Source: a virus (lineage: Duplodnaviria > Caudoviricetes). Taken from it: a stretch of DNA of 64,000 bases. The position numbers and the translations under genes are program-made. This document shows positions 45,384-54,593 of the stretch, in pieces. Location: IMG/VR virus record IMGVR_UViG_3300005675_000082, positions 3,777 through 67,776 of that record. The stretch is one strand, 5' to 3'. The notes beneath the pieces were generated by a model that was not told the origin of the DNA, ran no database searches, and worked only from the letters and a program-made list of their open reading frames with translations. How positions within the stretch are numbered: position 1 is the first letter of the stretch; every line of letters starts with the position of its first letter.

Positions 45384-46828
45384 GCCGATAACCCTTCTTC
45401 CAATTCCGAGTAACTCTTAAGCCACGCGGGTAAAATGATTGATTTTGCGCCCTGTGCCGATGCCAACACGGGCTTTTTACTGCTGCGAAACAGCCCATGT
45501 TCGAGCATCGCGGCGTTCATCTTTTGCTGCTGTTCAGCAAATGCACGTTGTTTCGCTTTTAAAATCGCCAGCACGCTCCCCTCTGTTTCGGCGTAGATCA
45601 GGTGTGCATTCACAGGTTTAGTCTGCCCAAAGCGATAGGAGCGGCGCAGCGCCTGATAGGTTTTCTCAAAAGAGAAGGACACACCGACAAACACCATGTC
45701 AGCGCAATGCTGCCAATTCAGGCCGAAGCCTGCGATCTCTGGCTTGGTGATAAGAAGGCGTTCCTTGCCCATTGTGAAGGCGTTTAGACGGTCTTCCTTC
45801 TGTTCAAGGGTGTGAGAGCCGCGCACCTCAATAGATTGTGGCAGGGCCTTCATCAGCGCATCCGCTTCGTAGTTGGTGTCACACCACACGATACACGGCG
45901 CATCAGTGGGCAGCGCTTCAACCAGCTCAAGAGCTTTGTGAACGCGATCCTTGAGGCTTTCACGCTTGACCTTATGTAGAGTCGTCGAGTTGGGATTGGT
46001 GTCAGGCAGCAGCATCCCTTCCCGATGAGCGCGGTCAATCGTATCCTGACTGGCAGATAACCGGTGCTCTAGTAAATGCAATGGCGGGAGATCATATCCG
46101 TGCATCGCATATTCAGGCCCCAGGTCGGCGGGAGTAGACAAACATACAGCCCAACTGGTTAACCAGCGCCAGAAATCAGCTTCAGCATGTTTTTTCAGGA
46201 TAGCGCTGCGGGCAAGTTTGCTATCTCCCATGAACCAGCGCGCAAGCACTTCTTTAAAGTGCATGATGCCCAAAAAGGTTGACTGATTGCTGAACTCAAC
46301 AAAGTCGTTCGGTGCAGGGGTTGCTGTTGCGACCAGCTTAAATCGGGTATCAGCAAACGCGCGCACGAGTCTCCAGAAGGTCTTGCCCCCTAGATTTTTC
46401 AGGATTGAGGCTTCATCCAGCACAACACCTGAAAACCGCGCGGGGTCAAAGAGGTGCAGGCGTTCATAGTTGGTGACAACAATCTGCGCGCTGCCAACTT
46501 CATCCTGCGATCTGGCATATTGAACATCTGCCTGAATATCGAACTTCCCCGCTTCGCTCACAGTTTGTTGTGCAACGGCCAGCGGTTCAAGGATAATCAC
46601 AGGGCGCTTTGTGTGCTGTGTTACATGCCGCGCCCATTCAAGTTCCTGCAGACTCTTGCCCATGCCGCACTCCTGAAAATAGGCGGCGCGGGCAAGGTAC
46701 AAACCCCATCGGATCGTGGCGTTTTGAAACTTAAACGCCTTTGGGTTGATGTCACTTTCTGAAACCTCAAAGCCGATTGGTTTAGCGGTCTGGAATTTGT
46801 TGATTAAAAATTGTTGATAATCGCTCAC
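45380..46828 (-). CDS. SNF2/DEAD-like helicase
   Basis: ECGMGKS, VVLDEAS, ATATP, GFGLNWQ, QALRRSYRFGQ. Confidence 0.88.
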   Translation of the reverse strand: MSDYQQFLINKFQTAKPIGFEVSESDINPKAFKFQNATIRWGLYLARAAYFQECGMGKSLQELEWARHVTQHTKRPVIILEPLAVAQQTVSEAGKFDIQADVQYARSQDEVGSAQIVVTNYERLHLFDPARFSGVVLDEASILKNLGGKTFWRLVRAFADTRFKLVATATPAPNDFVEFSNQSTFLGIMHFKEVLARWFMGDSKLARSAILKKHAEADFWRWLTSWAVCLSTPADLGPEYAMHGYDLPPLHLLEHRLSASQDTIDRAHREGMLLPDTNPNSTTLHKVKRESLKDRVHKALELVEALPTDAPCIVWCDTNYEADALMKALPQSIEVRGSHTLEQKEDRLNAFTMGKERLLITKPEIAGFGLNWQHCADMVFVGVSFSFEKTYQALRRSYRFGQTKPVNAHLIYAETEGSVLAILKAKQRAFAEQQQKMNAAMLEHGLFRSSKKPVLASAQGAKSIILPAWLKSYSELEEGLSA

Positions 46829-47052
46829 GGTACTCTCCTCATTTCCAAACGCACGTAATACTGCGACCACGCTTCCAGATCGCACCCGCGCCGCGTCACC
46901 CTGTACTGATGCTGGCGGGCAAGCGTTTCCAGCGGGTCAAACACGGCGATGGGCGCATGGTGGCGAATGCTGACGACCTCCCCATCTGCGCTGATTTCCA
47001 TGCCCTGAAGCGGCTTGAGGCGTTTCAGGGCGGCGGCGCATTCGTCGCTCAT
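46825..47052 (-). CDS. Hypothetical protein
   Basis: Small coupled ORF. Confidence 0.45.
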   Translation of the reverse strand: MSDECAAALKRLKPLQGMEISADGEVVSIRHHAPIAVFDPLETLARQHQYRVTRRGCDLEAWSQYYVRLEMRRVP

Positions 47053-47267
47053 TAGTCCATCCTCACAGCGACAATTGCCAGTGCTTTGCCGTGATAGTGT
47101 CCACCACCAACACATTCAAACGTTGAGCCTCTCAGGGCAAAGGCCACGGCCTTACGGCTGAACTTACCCTTCAGCCACACCTGATACCAGTGCGTGTTGG
47201 TGACCTGTTCCACTGCTGTCACGCTGATGTGATTGGTTTCTAAGAGCGCCCTGATCTGCTCACTCAT
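47052..47267 (-). CDS. Hypothetical protein
   Basis: 71 aa, coupled. Confidence 0.5.
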   Translation of the reverse strand: MSEQIRALLETNHISVTAVEQVTNTHWYQVWLKGKFSRKAVAFALRGSTFECVGGGHYHGKALAIVAVRMD

Positions 47268-48319
47268 ACGTTTGCCAGTTTCTTATTCCAGCCCTGTCCA
47301 GCCCACGCATTAAACAGCGTGTTCAGCGTGTCGAGTTTGCGCGGTCTGACTTCATAGGCCAGCGGCCCATCCAGCAGCAGCAGCGTGCCATCCCACAGCA
47401 GCACCAGCGCCAAACGCGACGACCAGCGCCCCACCGTCCAGTAGCGACCATGTCGGCGGTTGTGGACACGGACTGCTGTCGTCACCAGCCCGCGATGCGC
47501 CTGTTTGAACATGGCGGGGGTTACGTCCACCGCTGGCAGCAGCACCGCACGCCGTTCCCGCAGCGGCGTCACCGAGGGCAGCAGCGTGAATTCGGCCAGC
47601 CCGTCGAAGATGTCTTCCTGCGGTTCGGGTTGTGCTTCAGCCTGCGGTTCCGTCAGCATCGCGTGAATGCGCTCGGTGACACGGTGCGCCAGTTCCGCGT
47701 TCACCATACGCTCCCAATTGGCGACATCAATCACCAGCGGGAACATGTAAGGCACGACTTCAGTAAACGCGGCATCCTCGATGCCGTTGTGCGGGATGGT
47801 CTGCGGCTGGTCTTCGATGCCGAAGACTTTCTTCAGCGCCAGTTTCGCCAGCGCGTCCATCGACGTTTCAGGTTTGGGCATGACGATCTGCCCTTGCACT
47901 GCGGCAGGTTTGGCGACCTGCCCATCCAGTGAACGCACAGCCCACGCGGGTTCGGAGATGCCACCGAAGCGGATCATGTGCAGCTTCGGATTGCCTGCGT
48001 ATACGCCCCAATACACACCCTCATACCACGTCGTGTCCTTCGCAGCAAACGCCTTCTGGAACGCGACTAACATCCCCTTACGCGGGACAAATTCGGTTTC
48101 AGGCTCGACGGGCACAACGGCAGTTGCCTCCTGTGTTTCGGTTTCCTGCGGCATGGCGAACCATTCAAAATCATCTTCGCCCGCGCGAAAATCGACCAGG
48201 CTCAGACTGCGCAGGTGGTGGAGCGTGTTACGCTGCGGCGGGTTGGTCTTACTGTGCGGCAGGATACCCGACTGCACGCGGGACAAAATGGATTGCTGGA
48301 ATGCTGTTAATGTGGTCAT
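47264..48319 (-). CDS. Hypothetical multidomain protein
   Basis: 351-aa ORF with RBS. Confidence 0.6.
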   Translation of the reverse strand: MTTLTAFQQSILSRVQSGILPHSKTNPPQRNTLHHLRSLSLVDFRAGEDDFEWFAMPQETETQEATAVVPVEPETEFVPRKGMLVAFQKAFAAKDTTWYEGVYWGVYAGNPKLHMIRFGGISEPAWAVRSLDGQVAKPAAVQGQIVMPKPETSMDALAKLALKKVFGIEDQPQTIPHNGIEDAAFTEVVPYMFPLVIDVANWERMVNAELAHRVTERIHAMLTEPQAEAQPEPQEDIFDGLAEFTLLPSVTPLRERRAVLLPAVDVTPAMFKQAHRGLVTTAVRVHNRRHGRYWTVGRWSSRLALVLLWDGTLLLLDGPLAYEVRPRKLDTLNTLFNAWAGQGWNKKLANV

Positions 48320-48327
48320 GGTTCCCC

Positions 48328-48825
48328 CTATGCCAGCACTAAAGAACGTACATCGAGCAGATCAAGTTCAGTGACATGACTGGTGATCGTCAGCGGGCGC
48401 AGGCGTAAAAAGCCCTGCGTCTGCAAACGGCTGTACCAACTGGTATTGCAGTACACCACTGCCTCACGTAACTGGCGTTCGCTGGTGAATGCGGTGATGT
48501 GGCAGAAGTCGTGCGACAGTCGCGCAAACGGGCGGTAATAATCGCTGTACAGGCGGCGTATCCCGATGGGCACCCAGCCGCCGATGTTGGCGGTGTAAAA
48601 GACCGCTTCGACAACAGGCGTATCCCGCTCGACCTGTGCCACGCGCACCAGATTCGGCGCGGGGACTTCCACCACCAGCGCGGGGGCGTAGTCATGATCG
48701 CGATGCGGCGCAATCGTCAGACGGTAGCCGGGGACAAAAAAGTCAAAATAACTCTCCGCGTGTCCGGCATTGTGTGCCTGCACGATCATGTCCAAACGTG
48801 CTGTGAAGTAGTTGGCGGTAATCAT
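48328..48825 (-). CDS. Hypothetical protein
   Basis: 165-aa collinear ORF. Confidence 0.55.
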   Translation of the reverse strand: MITANYFTARLDMIVQAHNAGHAESYFDFFVPGYRLTIAPHRDHDYAPALVVEVPAPNLVRVAQVERDTPVVEAVFYTANIGGWVPIGIRRLYSDYYRPFARLSHDFCHITAFTSERQLREAVVYCNTSWYSRLQTQGFLRLRPLTITSHVTELDLLDVRSLVLA

Positions 48826-48826
48826 G

Positions 48827-49372
48827 TTAGACCCCCATCACGCGGTAGGCCCCGATGCGGGCAGGATGCAAACGGCGGGTGTAGGAGCGCGTGAAAGTGG
48901 GAGTGTCCTCATACACTTCCTGATCGTCGGTTTCATCCACACGCGAACCGGGGATGATAAAGCGGGAGCTACGGCCCTGTCGCCAGTTGCGCAGTCCCTT
49001 GAACACCGCCGCGTCCCGTTCGTAACCCCAGCCAGCAGCGCGGCGCATCTCGCCGTAGGGCGCTGACCAGTACCAGAGTTCACACCACCACAGGCCGCGT
49101 GTCCAGCGCGGCGCATCCACGCGGATCAGCGCGCCATGCAGCAAACGGTATCCGTCGCGGTGCAGTTCGCCAATCGTGCGCAGCGCCTGCCAGAACGCCA
49201 GCATCCCATCGGGGTTCGCTTCCAGTTCGGCAGTGTCTGTGCCTTCCGGCGTCACGGTCTGCTGCGAGTCTTCCGGCAAAGGCTGCTCGACGCTGGTTTC
49301 ACCTGTAGGTGAAAACTCCGGTTCAACGCGGCGGCGGTCTGTGCCTTCCTTGTGTGTCGTGCGTGTTGTCAT
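48827..49372 (-). CDS. Hypothetical protein (contains palindrome copy 5)
   Basis: First gene of the leftward operon, RBS AAGGA. Confidence 0.6.
   Translation of the reverse strand: MTTRTTHKEGTDRRRVEPEFSPTGETSVEQPLPEDSQQTVTPEGTDTAELEANPDGMLAFWQALRTIGELHRDGYRLLHGALIRVDAPRWTRGLWWCELWYWSAPYGEMRRAAGWGYERDAAVFKGLRNWRQGRSSRFIIPGSRVDETDDQEVYEDTPTFTRSYTRRLHPARIGAYRVMGV
49295..49316. promoter_or_regulatory. 22-bp palindrome copy 5 (intragenic)
   Basis: GGTTTCACCTGTAGGTGAAAAC. Confidence 0.7.
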
Positions 49373-49434
49373 AGATTTAATCCTTACGCTGATGTTTAAA
49401 CGGTGGTCATCGTTATGGTGTTACCTTCATTTAC

Positions 49435-49464
49435 AATAGTACTATACAATGTATAGTATTGTCA
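49435..49464 (-). promoter_or_regulatory. Leftward promoter with palindromic operator
   Basis: Minus strand TTGACA-N18-TACTAT; TACTATACAATGTATAGTA at 49440-49458. Confidence 0.7.
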
Positions 49465-49505
49465 ACAAGCAAAATTGACACCCCGCGCCAATTGTGGATA
49501 ATAAA

Positions 49506-49585
49506 AGATGCATGGGTGTAACCATGCATCTGATGTTTGATTGGTCATCGAACAGCCAACAGCGCTCCGAAAGGGGCGTTTTTGG
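49506..49585 (+). ncRNA. Candidate small RNA (three hairpins)
   Basis: TTGACA-N16-GATAAT at 49475-49502; perfect 10-bp stem, 8-bp stem, GAAA-loop terminator with T-tract on the + strand. Confidence 0.55.
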
Positions 49586-49942
49586 TTACAGCAGCGGCAT
49601 CTGCTCCGGCACATCCTCAGCGACAATAATCATGGCGTGCGTCTCAAATTCAAAGTCGGCTTTGGCCTGTTTCCATGACTTCGTGCGCAGGCGTCCGGTG
49701 AAGCGCTGCCACGCCCGTAAATAGGCGGTTCTGCTGGTGACGGTAATGGTTTTTTCTGCCAGTCTGATGTCCTCATGCGCCAGTATCTGCCAGACGTGAA
49801 AGCCGATACTGTCCGCCGGAATGAACACGGCATACGGTTCCTGTTTAACCGCCAGCGGGTAGCCGTAATCGTGCAGCCGCAGCGCATCGTCCCCTGTCAC
49901 CACATGATACTGAGTATCAAAACGATAGAGCGTGATGGTCAT
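49586..49942 (-). CDS. Hypothetical protein
   Basis: 118 aa, coupled to DnaB. Confidence 0.6.
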   Translation of the reverse strand: MTITLYRFDTQYHVVTGDDALRLHDYGYPLAVKQEPYAVFIPADSIGFHVWQILAHEDIRLAEKTITVTSRTAYLRAWQRFTGRLRTKSWKQAKADFEFETHAMIIVAEDVPEQMPLL

Positions 49943-51306
49943 AACAGCGCCAGGTCAATATCACGGACAGCGGCATTGGCAAAACGGGTGAGCGTCTTCT
50001 CGAAATACAGTGTTACCGTCCCCTCGCCACCGTCGCGCTGCTTGGCGACGATCAGTTCAGCAGTATTCGGAAACTCCGATGCGGGGTTATAGACCACATC
50101 ACGATACAGAAACATCACCACATCGGCCTCAGCTTCCAGATCACCCGACTCTTTTAAGTCGCTCAACACAGGGCGTTTATCCTTGCGGTCATCGACGCCG
50201 CGCGATAACTGATGCGTCGCCAGTATCGGCACGTTCAATTCACGTTTGCCCGTCATGTCTTTCAGTTTGGAAGCGATGTGTGAGACCTCAAGGCGGCGCT
50301 CCCCGATGCGTTTGCCCGGTGACATCTTATAAATGCCATCGACGATCAGCAGGTCTAAATCGCCATGTTTACGGGCAATGCGGTTGGCTTTCACTTCCAC
50401 CTGACGCGGGGACAGCGCTTTGGAGTCGTCGATAAAAAGTGGTAGCTTGCCACCTTCGCCAATGGACTCAACAAACCGTTCCCACAACGTTGTATCCAGA
50501 TCGCCGTGCGTAATGGTGCGGGACGGGATGCCGGAAATCATCGAATAGAGGCGGCTCATGATTTCCTCGACTTCCATCTCCATCGACAGAAATAGCACTC
50601 TTTTACCCATGCGTGCGACATGCAGCGCAATCGCCAGAAACAGCGCGGTTTTACCCATGCGCGGGCGTCCACCGAGGATATAAAACTTACGCTGAAGCCC
50701 GTCCAGCAGCGTATCCACTTCGGTAAAGCCTGTCGGGATGCCCTTCAGCCCGTGAATGGGATTGTTCACCTGCTGTTCTATCTGGTTGTAAAAGGCGATA
50801 GAGGCTTCACGCATGGTGACGGTATCGTTGGGCAGCGCGTGTTCGGTAACGGTGAATAAACGTTCCTCAGCCTTGCTCACGATCTGCTCTACGGGCATGG
50901 TTTCGTTGAGCGCCAGCCCGCGTATTTCATCCGACGCGCTCAGCAGCTTACGGCGAATGGACGCGCGTTCCACCAGGCGGGCATAGGTTTCGGCGTATAC
51001 TGAACTCGGTGTATTGCGAAACAGGCTGATGAGATAGGTATCGCCACCGATAGCCTCAAGCTGTTTAAAGGCTTTCAGTTCTTCGACCACTGTCAGGTAA
51101 TCAATCGCTTTTTTCTGTTCCAGCAGTCGCAGCATAGCCTGCCAGATGTAGCGGTGACGGATCAGGAAAAAATCCTCCGGCTTGAGGATCGCGGCGATAT
51201 CGGGCATCACAACAGGATTGACCAGCACCGCGCCAATTACGGCTTCCTCGGCTTCCTGGCTGAACGGCACATTTAATGCCGGGGCGGGAGTAGGTTGTTG
51301 AGTCAT
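49939..51306 (-). CDS. dnaB: Replicative DNA helicase DnaB
   Basis: PFSQEAEEAVIG, GGRPRMGKT, LSMEM, QLSRGVDDRKDKRPVLSDLKESG, IVAKQRDG. Confidence 0.95.
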   Translation of the reverse strand: MTQQPTPAPALNVPFSQEAEEAVIGAVLVNPVVMPDIAAILKPEDFFLIRHRYIWQAMLRLLEQKKAIDYLTVVEELKAFKQLEAIGGDTYLISLFRNTPSSVYAETYARLVERASIRRKLLSASDEIRGLALNETMPVEQIVSKAEERLFTVTEHALPNDTVTMREASIAFYNQIEQQVNNPIHGLKGIPTGFTEVDTLLDGLQRKFYILGGRPRMGKTALFLAIALHVARMGKRVLFLSMEMEVEEIMSRLYSMISGIPSRTITHGDLDTTLWERFVESIGEGGKLPLFIDDSKALSPRQVEVKANRIARKHGDLDLLIVDGIYKMSPGKRIGERRLEVSHIASKLKDMTGKRELNVPILATHQLSRGVDDRKDKRPVLSDLKESGDLEAEADVVMFLYRDVVYNPASEFPNTAELIVAKQRDGGEGTVTLYFEKTLTRFANAAVRDIDLALL

Positions 51307-52502
51307 GAGAATAAGGTCGCTTTCTTTTCGGCCATCTTACGGGCAAGTTCGGCGCGTTCATCGGCGCTGATTTCACGAGTTGCAGGCGCGGGCTGCTGGG
51401 ACGGGCGTGCTGGCGCTGGCGCTGTAAATTCTTCCCATGCGGAAATAAAGGCTGCGGGATCTTTGGGCGGGTCGGCGTTGGGTTTATTCACCTTCCACTG
51501 CGCATATACAGCCCGTACCCGCTGGGCAATCATGGCGTCTTCGTTCACTTCGTTGTAGGTCTTGCCCAGATGTTCGGCAAGGCAGGTAATCACCTTACCC
51601 ACACGTCCCGCGTTACCGTTTAAGACTTCAGGACTGAAGCCGGGGCGCATGTGCCAGCCGCACTCGGCAATCGCGTCAAAGGTCGGGCTGCGTTTCGCGG
51701 GCGGTTTGGTCAGCTTGTAGGTCGCATACTTCGCATCAGCATTGAGTACACTGCCCTTCACAGGAACGATGCCATGTTTCGCCCATGCTTCCAGCAGTGG
51801 GGCGTAGTCCTTTGGCGTGTAGGTCTTGGCGTACACCTCCTGTTTTGCTTCATTCACCGGATAATACTTGCTGGCGGTGAACCGTCCCTTGGCCGCTGGG
51901 ACTGCGGTTGTATTCTTTTCGTTTGCAGCGCTGGGATCTGTCCCTGTTTCTCCTGAAGGCGAAACGGTTTCGATTTGACGAAAGTCATCCTGTGAGATTG
52001 CCGCAGGCAAAGAATCTCTATTCTTTGTAGTTATCTCTGTAGTACTCTCTGTTATGGATTTGACGATTTTCGTTAAGTCCATTTGACGATTTTCGTCAAA
52101 TCCAATTTGCGGATTCTGTAAAATCGACTGCACACGATTTTTAAATTCTGGCCAGTTAATGCGCAGGTGAGTCGTCGGGACATCATTAAATTTCCATGTC
52201 CTGACAATGATTAACCCACGCTTGGCAAGGCGTTTAATACAATCGCGGGAATAGCGCTCAGTAATGCGGCATTCATCCCACCAGTCCTTTGCACGTTTCG
52301 CCAGCCATAATTCCCCATCGCGCTGGATCGTCATGCGCGGTTTACCCGTTTCGAGATTAAACCCATGCCAGAACATAATCTGACTGAACATAATGCCATC
52401 AATCAAATCACCATCGTTAATGTCTACATAGATGCGCTTCACGGCGATAACATCCCGCTGCGCATTTTCGCTGGCTAACCAGCCTTTGACCCACTCATCC
52501 AT
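51303..52502 (-). CDS. Phage replication initiator (O/DnaD-like)
   Basis: N-terminal wHTH-like region (DGIMFSQIMFW...W..E), ITESTTEIT linker, internal iterons, coupled to dnaB. Confidence 0.75.
   Translation of the reverse strand: MDEWVKGWLASENAQRDVIAVKRIYVDINDGDLIDGIMFSQIMFWHGFNLETGKPRMTIQRDGELWLAKRAKDWWDECRITERYSRDCIKRLAKRGLIIVRTWKFNDVPTTHLRINWPEFKNRVQSILQNPQIGFDENRQMDLTKIVKSITESTTEITTKNRDSLPAAISQDDFRQIETVSPSGETGTDPSAANEKNTTAVPAAKGRFTASKYYPVNEAKQEVYAKTYTPKDYAPLLEAWAKHGIVPVKGSVLNADAKYATYKLTKPPAKRSPTFDAIAECGWHMRPGFSPEVLNGNAGRVGKVITCLAEHLGKTYNEVNEDAMIAQRVRAVYAQWKVNKPNADPPKDPAAFISAWEEFTAPAPARPSQQPAPATREISADERAELARKMAEKKATLFS
51946..51965. promoter_or_regulatory. Palindrome copy 6 (intragenic, 20 bp)
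   Basis: GTTTCTCCTGAAGGCGAAAC. Confidence 0.5.
52058..52101. repeat. Iteron-like repeats, putative replication origin
   Basis: ATTTGACGATTTTCGT at 52058 and 52081; ATTTGACGA-TTT-TCGTCAAAT palindrome; partial copy near 51973. Confidence 0.6.
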
Positions 52503-52568
52503 AGCTCATCTGTTCTTTGGTTATAACGAATGTTTGACAAACCCACACGCCTCCGCTAGACTAAAGGC

Positions 52569-52662
52569 GTGTGGTGAGACTGTGACGCTGCGCGTTCGCA
52601 CCGCTGAGCGTCCCGATGTTATAGCTACCTACCAGATGCCCCGGAAACGGGGCGTTTTTATT
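52569..52662 (+). ncRNA. Candidate antisense (counter-transcribed) RNA in the rep leader
   Basis: TTGACA-N17-TAGACT at 52534-52562; terminator TGCCCCG-GAAA-CGGGGCG-TTTTT on the + strand. Confidence 0.6.
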
Positions 52663-52747
52663 TCCACCCCACTCAATTGAGCTGCGTTATTTTTAACGCA
52701 TCTCCGACAAAATTACAACCGTCATCTGGCAGGTAGGATGTTAAAGA

Positions 52748-54211
52748 TCAAAACGGAATCTGATCGTCCGGTATCTCCACAGTCCCCGCCGCAACGGGCG
52801 CAGCTTCGGCGGGCGTCTGCTGCCCCTTGTCGCTGATGTAATACGACTTGTCGCCTTCACCCTTCACTGCCCACTTCAGACGCACAGGGGCCACCGCCTT
52901 CGGCTTGTTATCCGTGACCCAGGACTCGATGTGGTTGGCGCTGTAGTAGGCTTCCCCCACCGACTTTTTAAACTCAGTCGAGCGCCCATAGACGCGGATC
53001 ATGCCGACAGCAGTTTTGAAGTCGATGTACTGCCCGTTGTAGAAGGCAACCGTTGAACACACGTCCCACTGCTCCTGTGTCGCGCGCTGGACGATGGCGT
53101 GTGTAGCGTCTATCGGGGACTTGTACGCGCTGTAGAATGTGACTTCCATCTCGCGCTCGACCTGCTCCACCGACTTGCCGAAGTTGTCCATGATCCAGTT
53201 GGCGAAGATCGCCTTTTCGTCTTCGGTCCAGCCCTTCGCTGGCGGCTGCGCATCCACTTCCCACGATTTCAGGATGTGCGCTACAGCTTCTTTCCCGCTG
53301 TTAAACTTGGCGTTCCATGCCTTTTCGTTGTTCCACTTATCGACCGACGCATAACGCAGGATTTCGCTGTGGCTAATCCCCTCAATGCGCTTGGCTACCG
53401 CTTCATAGAGCTGATCCAGCGTCGTGGGGTTTGCCCACTGCGTCGAGCCGTTCATATTGCTGGCGTCAGTCACAATGCGGCGGTTCGTGCCGTTGCCCAG
53501 CGTTTCCTTCGCTTCCTGCGTCGTGATGACGGGATGCGGCGGTTCTTCCGGCGGTGTAGGCAGCGTGACAACCTTCTCAGGTGTAGGCTGCTGCTTCATG
53601 ACCTGGATTTCACCTTCGATGATCTCCCCAACAGGCGCACCGTTTTCGTCCAGTTCGGTGTTGGGGGCCAGTTCTTCAACCGTGTACAACCCGCCGATGA
53701 TGTCACTGCACAGAGCTTTGGCGGCAATACTGACCGCGCGCCATGTCCACATCTGCGCCGGATATTTGTCACGGTTGCTGTTCAGTTTGGCGCGGGCGTC
53801 ATCGTCCCGGCCCCAGATCGCCGTGTATTCATCGCCGCTGTCAAGGCGTTTCATGCTGACCACTGCCTTGCCATTTTTCAGCGTTTCAGCGTTGTCACTA
53901 ATCGATACCCGCACCTTACCAGAGCGGCGAATGAGCGCCAGCATCGCCTCACCGGAGCAGGTCGGCACGCCACCGGAAACGCTGTAAATCGTGCGCAGGG
54001 ATGTCATGGGGGGAATGCCAAGCTCAAGCCCGTACATCGCGATAAAGAAGGCATCCTGTGCCGTTTTCGCCTTGCTCATGCCGGACTTTGACGCCAGTTC
54101 TGCCAGCTTCCAAACCGCCTGAATGGTGTCGAGGTTGGGAACGTTCGCGGATAGATTGCTGGATTGCGCGGGGATAATTGCACTTGTGACCATAGAATTT
54201 ACTACCTTCAC
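52748..54211 (-). CDS. RecT-like single-strand annealing protein with acidic SSB-like tail
   Basis: YGLELGIPPMTSL..I...G.P...GEAMLALI; Y...M..WRA.S..AK..C.D.IGG.Y..EEL; ends DDQIPF. Confidence 0.7.
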   Translation of the reverse strand: MKVVNSMVTSAIIPAQSSNLSANVPNLDTIQAVWKLAELASKSGMSKAKTAQDAFFIAMYGLELGIPPMTSLRTIYSVSGGVPTCSGEAMLALIRRSGKVRVSISDNAETLKNGKAVVSMKRLDSGDEYTAIWGRDDDARAKLNSNRDKYPAQMWTWRAVSIAAKALCSDIIGGLYTVEELAPNTELDENGAPVGEIIEGEIQVMKQQPTPEKVVTLPTPPEEPPHPVITTQEAKETLGNGTNRRIVTDASNMNGSTQWANPTTLDQLYEAVAKRIEGISHSEILRYASVDKWNNEKAWNAKFNSGKEAVAHILKSWEVDAQPPAKGWTEDEKAIFANWIMDNFGKSVEQVEREMEVTFYSAYKSPIDATHAIVQRATQEQWDVCSTVAFYNGQYIDFKTAVGMIRVYGRSTEFKKSVGEAYYSANHIESWVTDNKPKAVAPVRLKWAVKGEGDKSYYISDKGQQTPAEAAPVAAGTVEIPDDQIPF

Positions 54212-54249
54212 ATTTCCGTAATTCGGGATGGGCGATTTCGTGTTAAAAT

Positions 54250-54549
54250 TCAGGCAGGCACGAAACAGGTTAGTTTTGTGTCTGCTGCAAGGAAAAGTTC
54301 CGAGCGCTGGCAGGCGCCTTCAACACTCACCAGCGCTCGGAATGAACCATCGTCCAGACGCGTAAGCGCCCGGACTCGTTTGTCGCCTGCAAAGGTCGGG
54401 CTGTGGAAACTGGCATACGCCCGACTGTCGCAGACCTCGGCGATGTCTCTGACGACTTCACGCATATCAGCGACTACTAAAAACCACTGCCAGCCTAACA
54501 TCGCCAGTCGCTTCACAATATCCTCAGGTGGTGCTGCATACGTGGACAT
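54250..54549 (-). CDS. Hypothetical protein
   Basis: First gene of the leftward early operon, RBS AAGGAG. Confidence 0.55.
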   Translation of the reverse strand: MSTYAAPPEDIVKRLAMLGWQWFLVVADMREVVRDIAEVCDSRAYASFHSPTFAGDKRVRALTRLDDGSFRALVSVEGACQRSELFLAADTKLTCFVPA

Positions 54550-54579
54550 TTTTTACTCCTTAAGTGTATCATAATCTTC

Positions 54580-54593
54580 AGAACACATGTGTT
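54580..54593. promoter_or_regulatory. LexA-like box upstream of the leftward early operon
   Basis: AGAACACATGTGTT, flanked by TTAAGTGTATC direct repeats (54560, 54601). Confidence 0.55.

Noticed and set aside
469-52610. 12-mer CACCGCTGAGCG shared by the large ncRNA (469) and the rep antisense RNA (52599)
   Set aside because: A single 12-nt match in GC-rich sequence can arise by chance given the many comparisons made; no further context similarity.
53099-54091. 330-aa + strand ORF
   Set aside because: Antisense shadow of the RecT-like gene.
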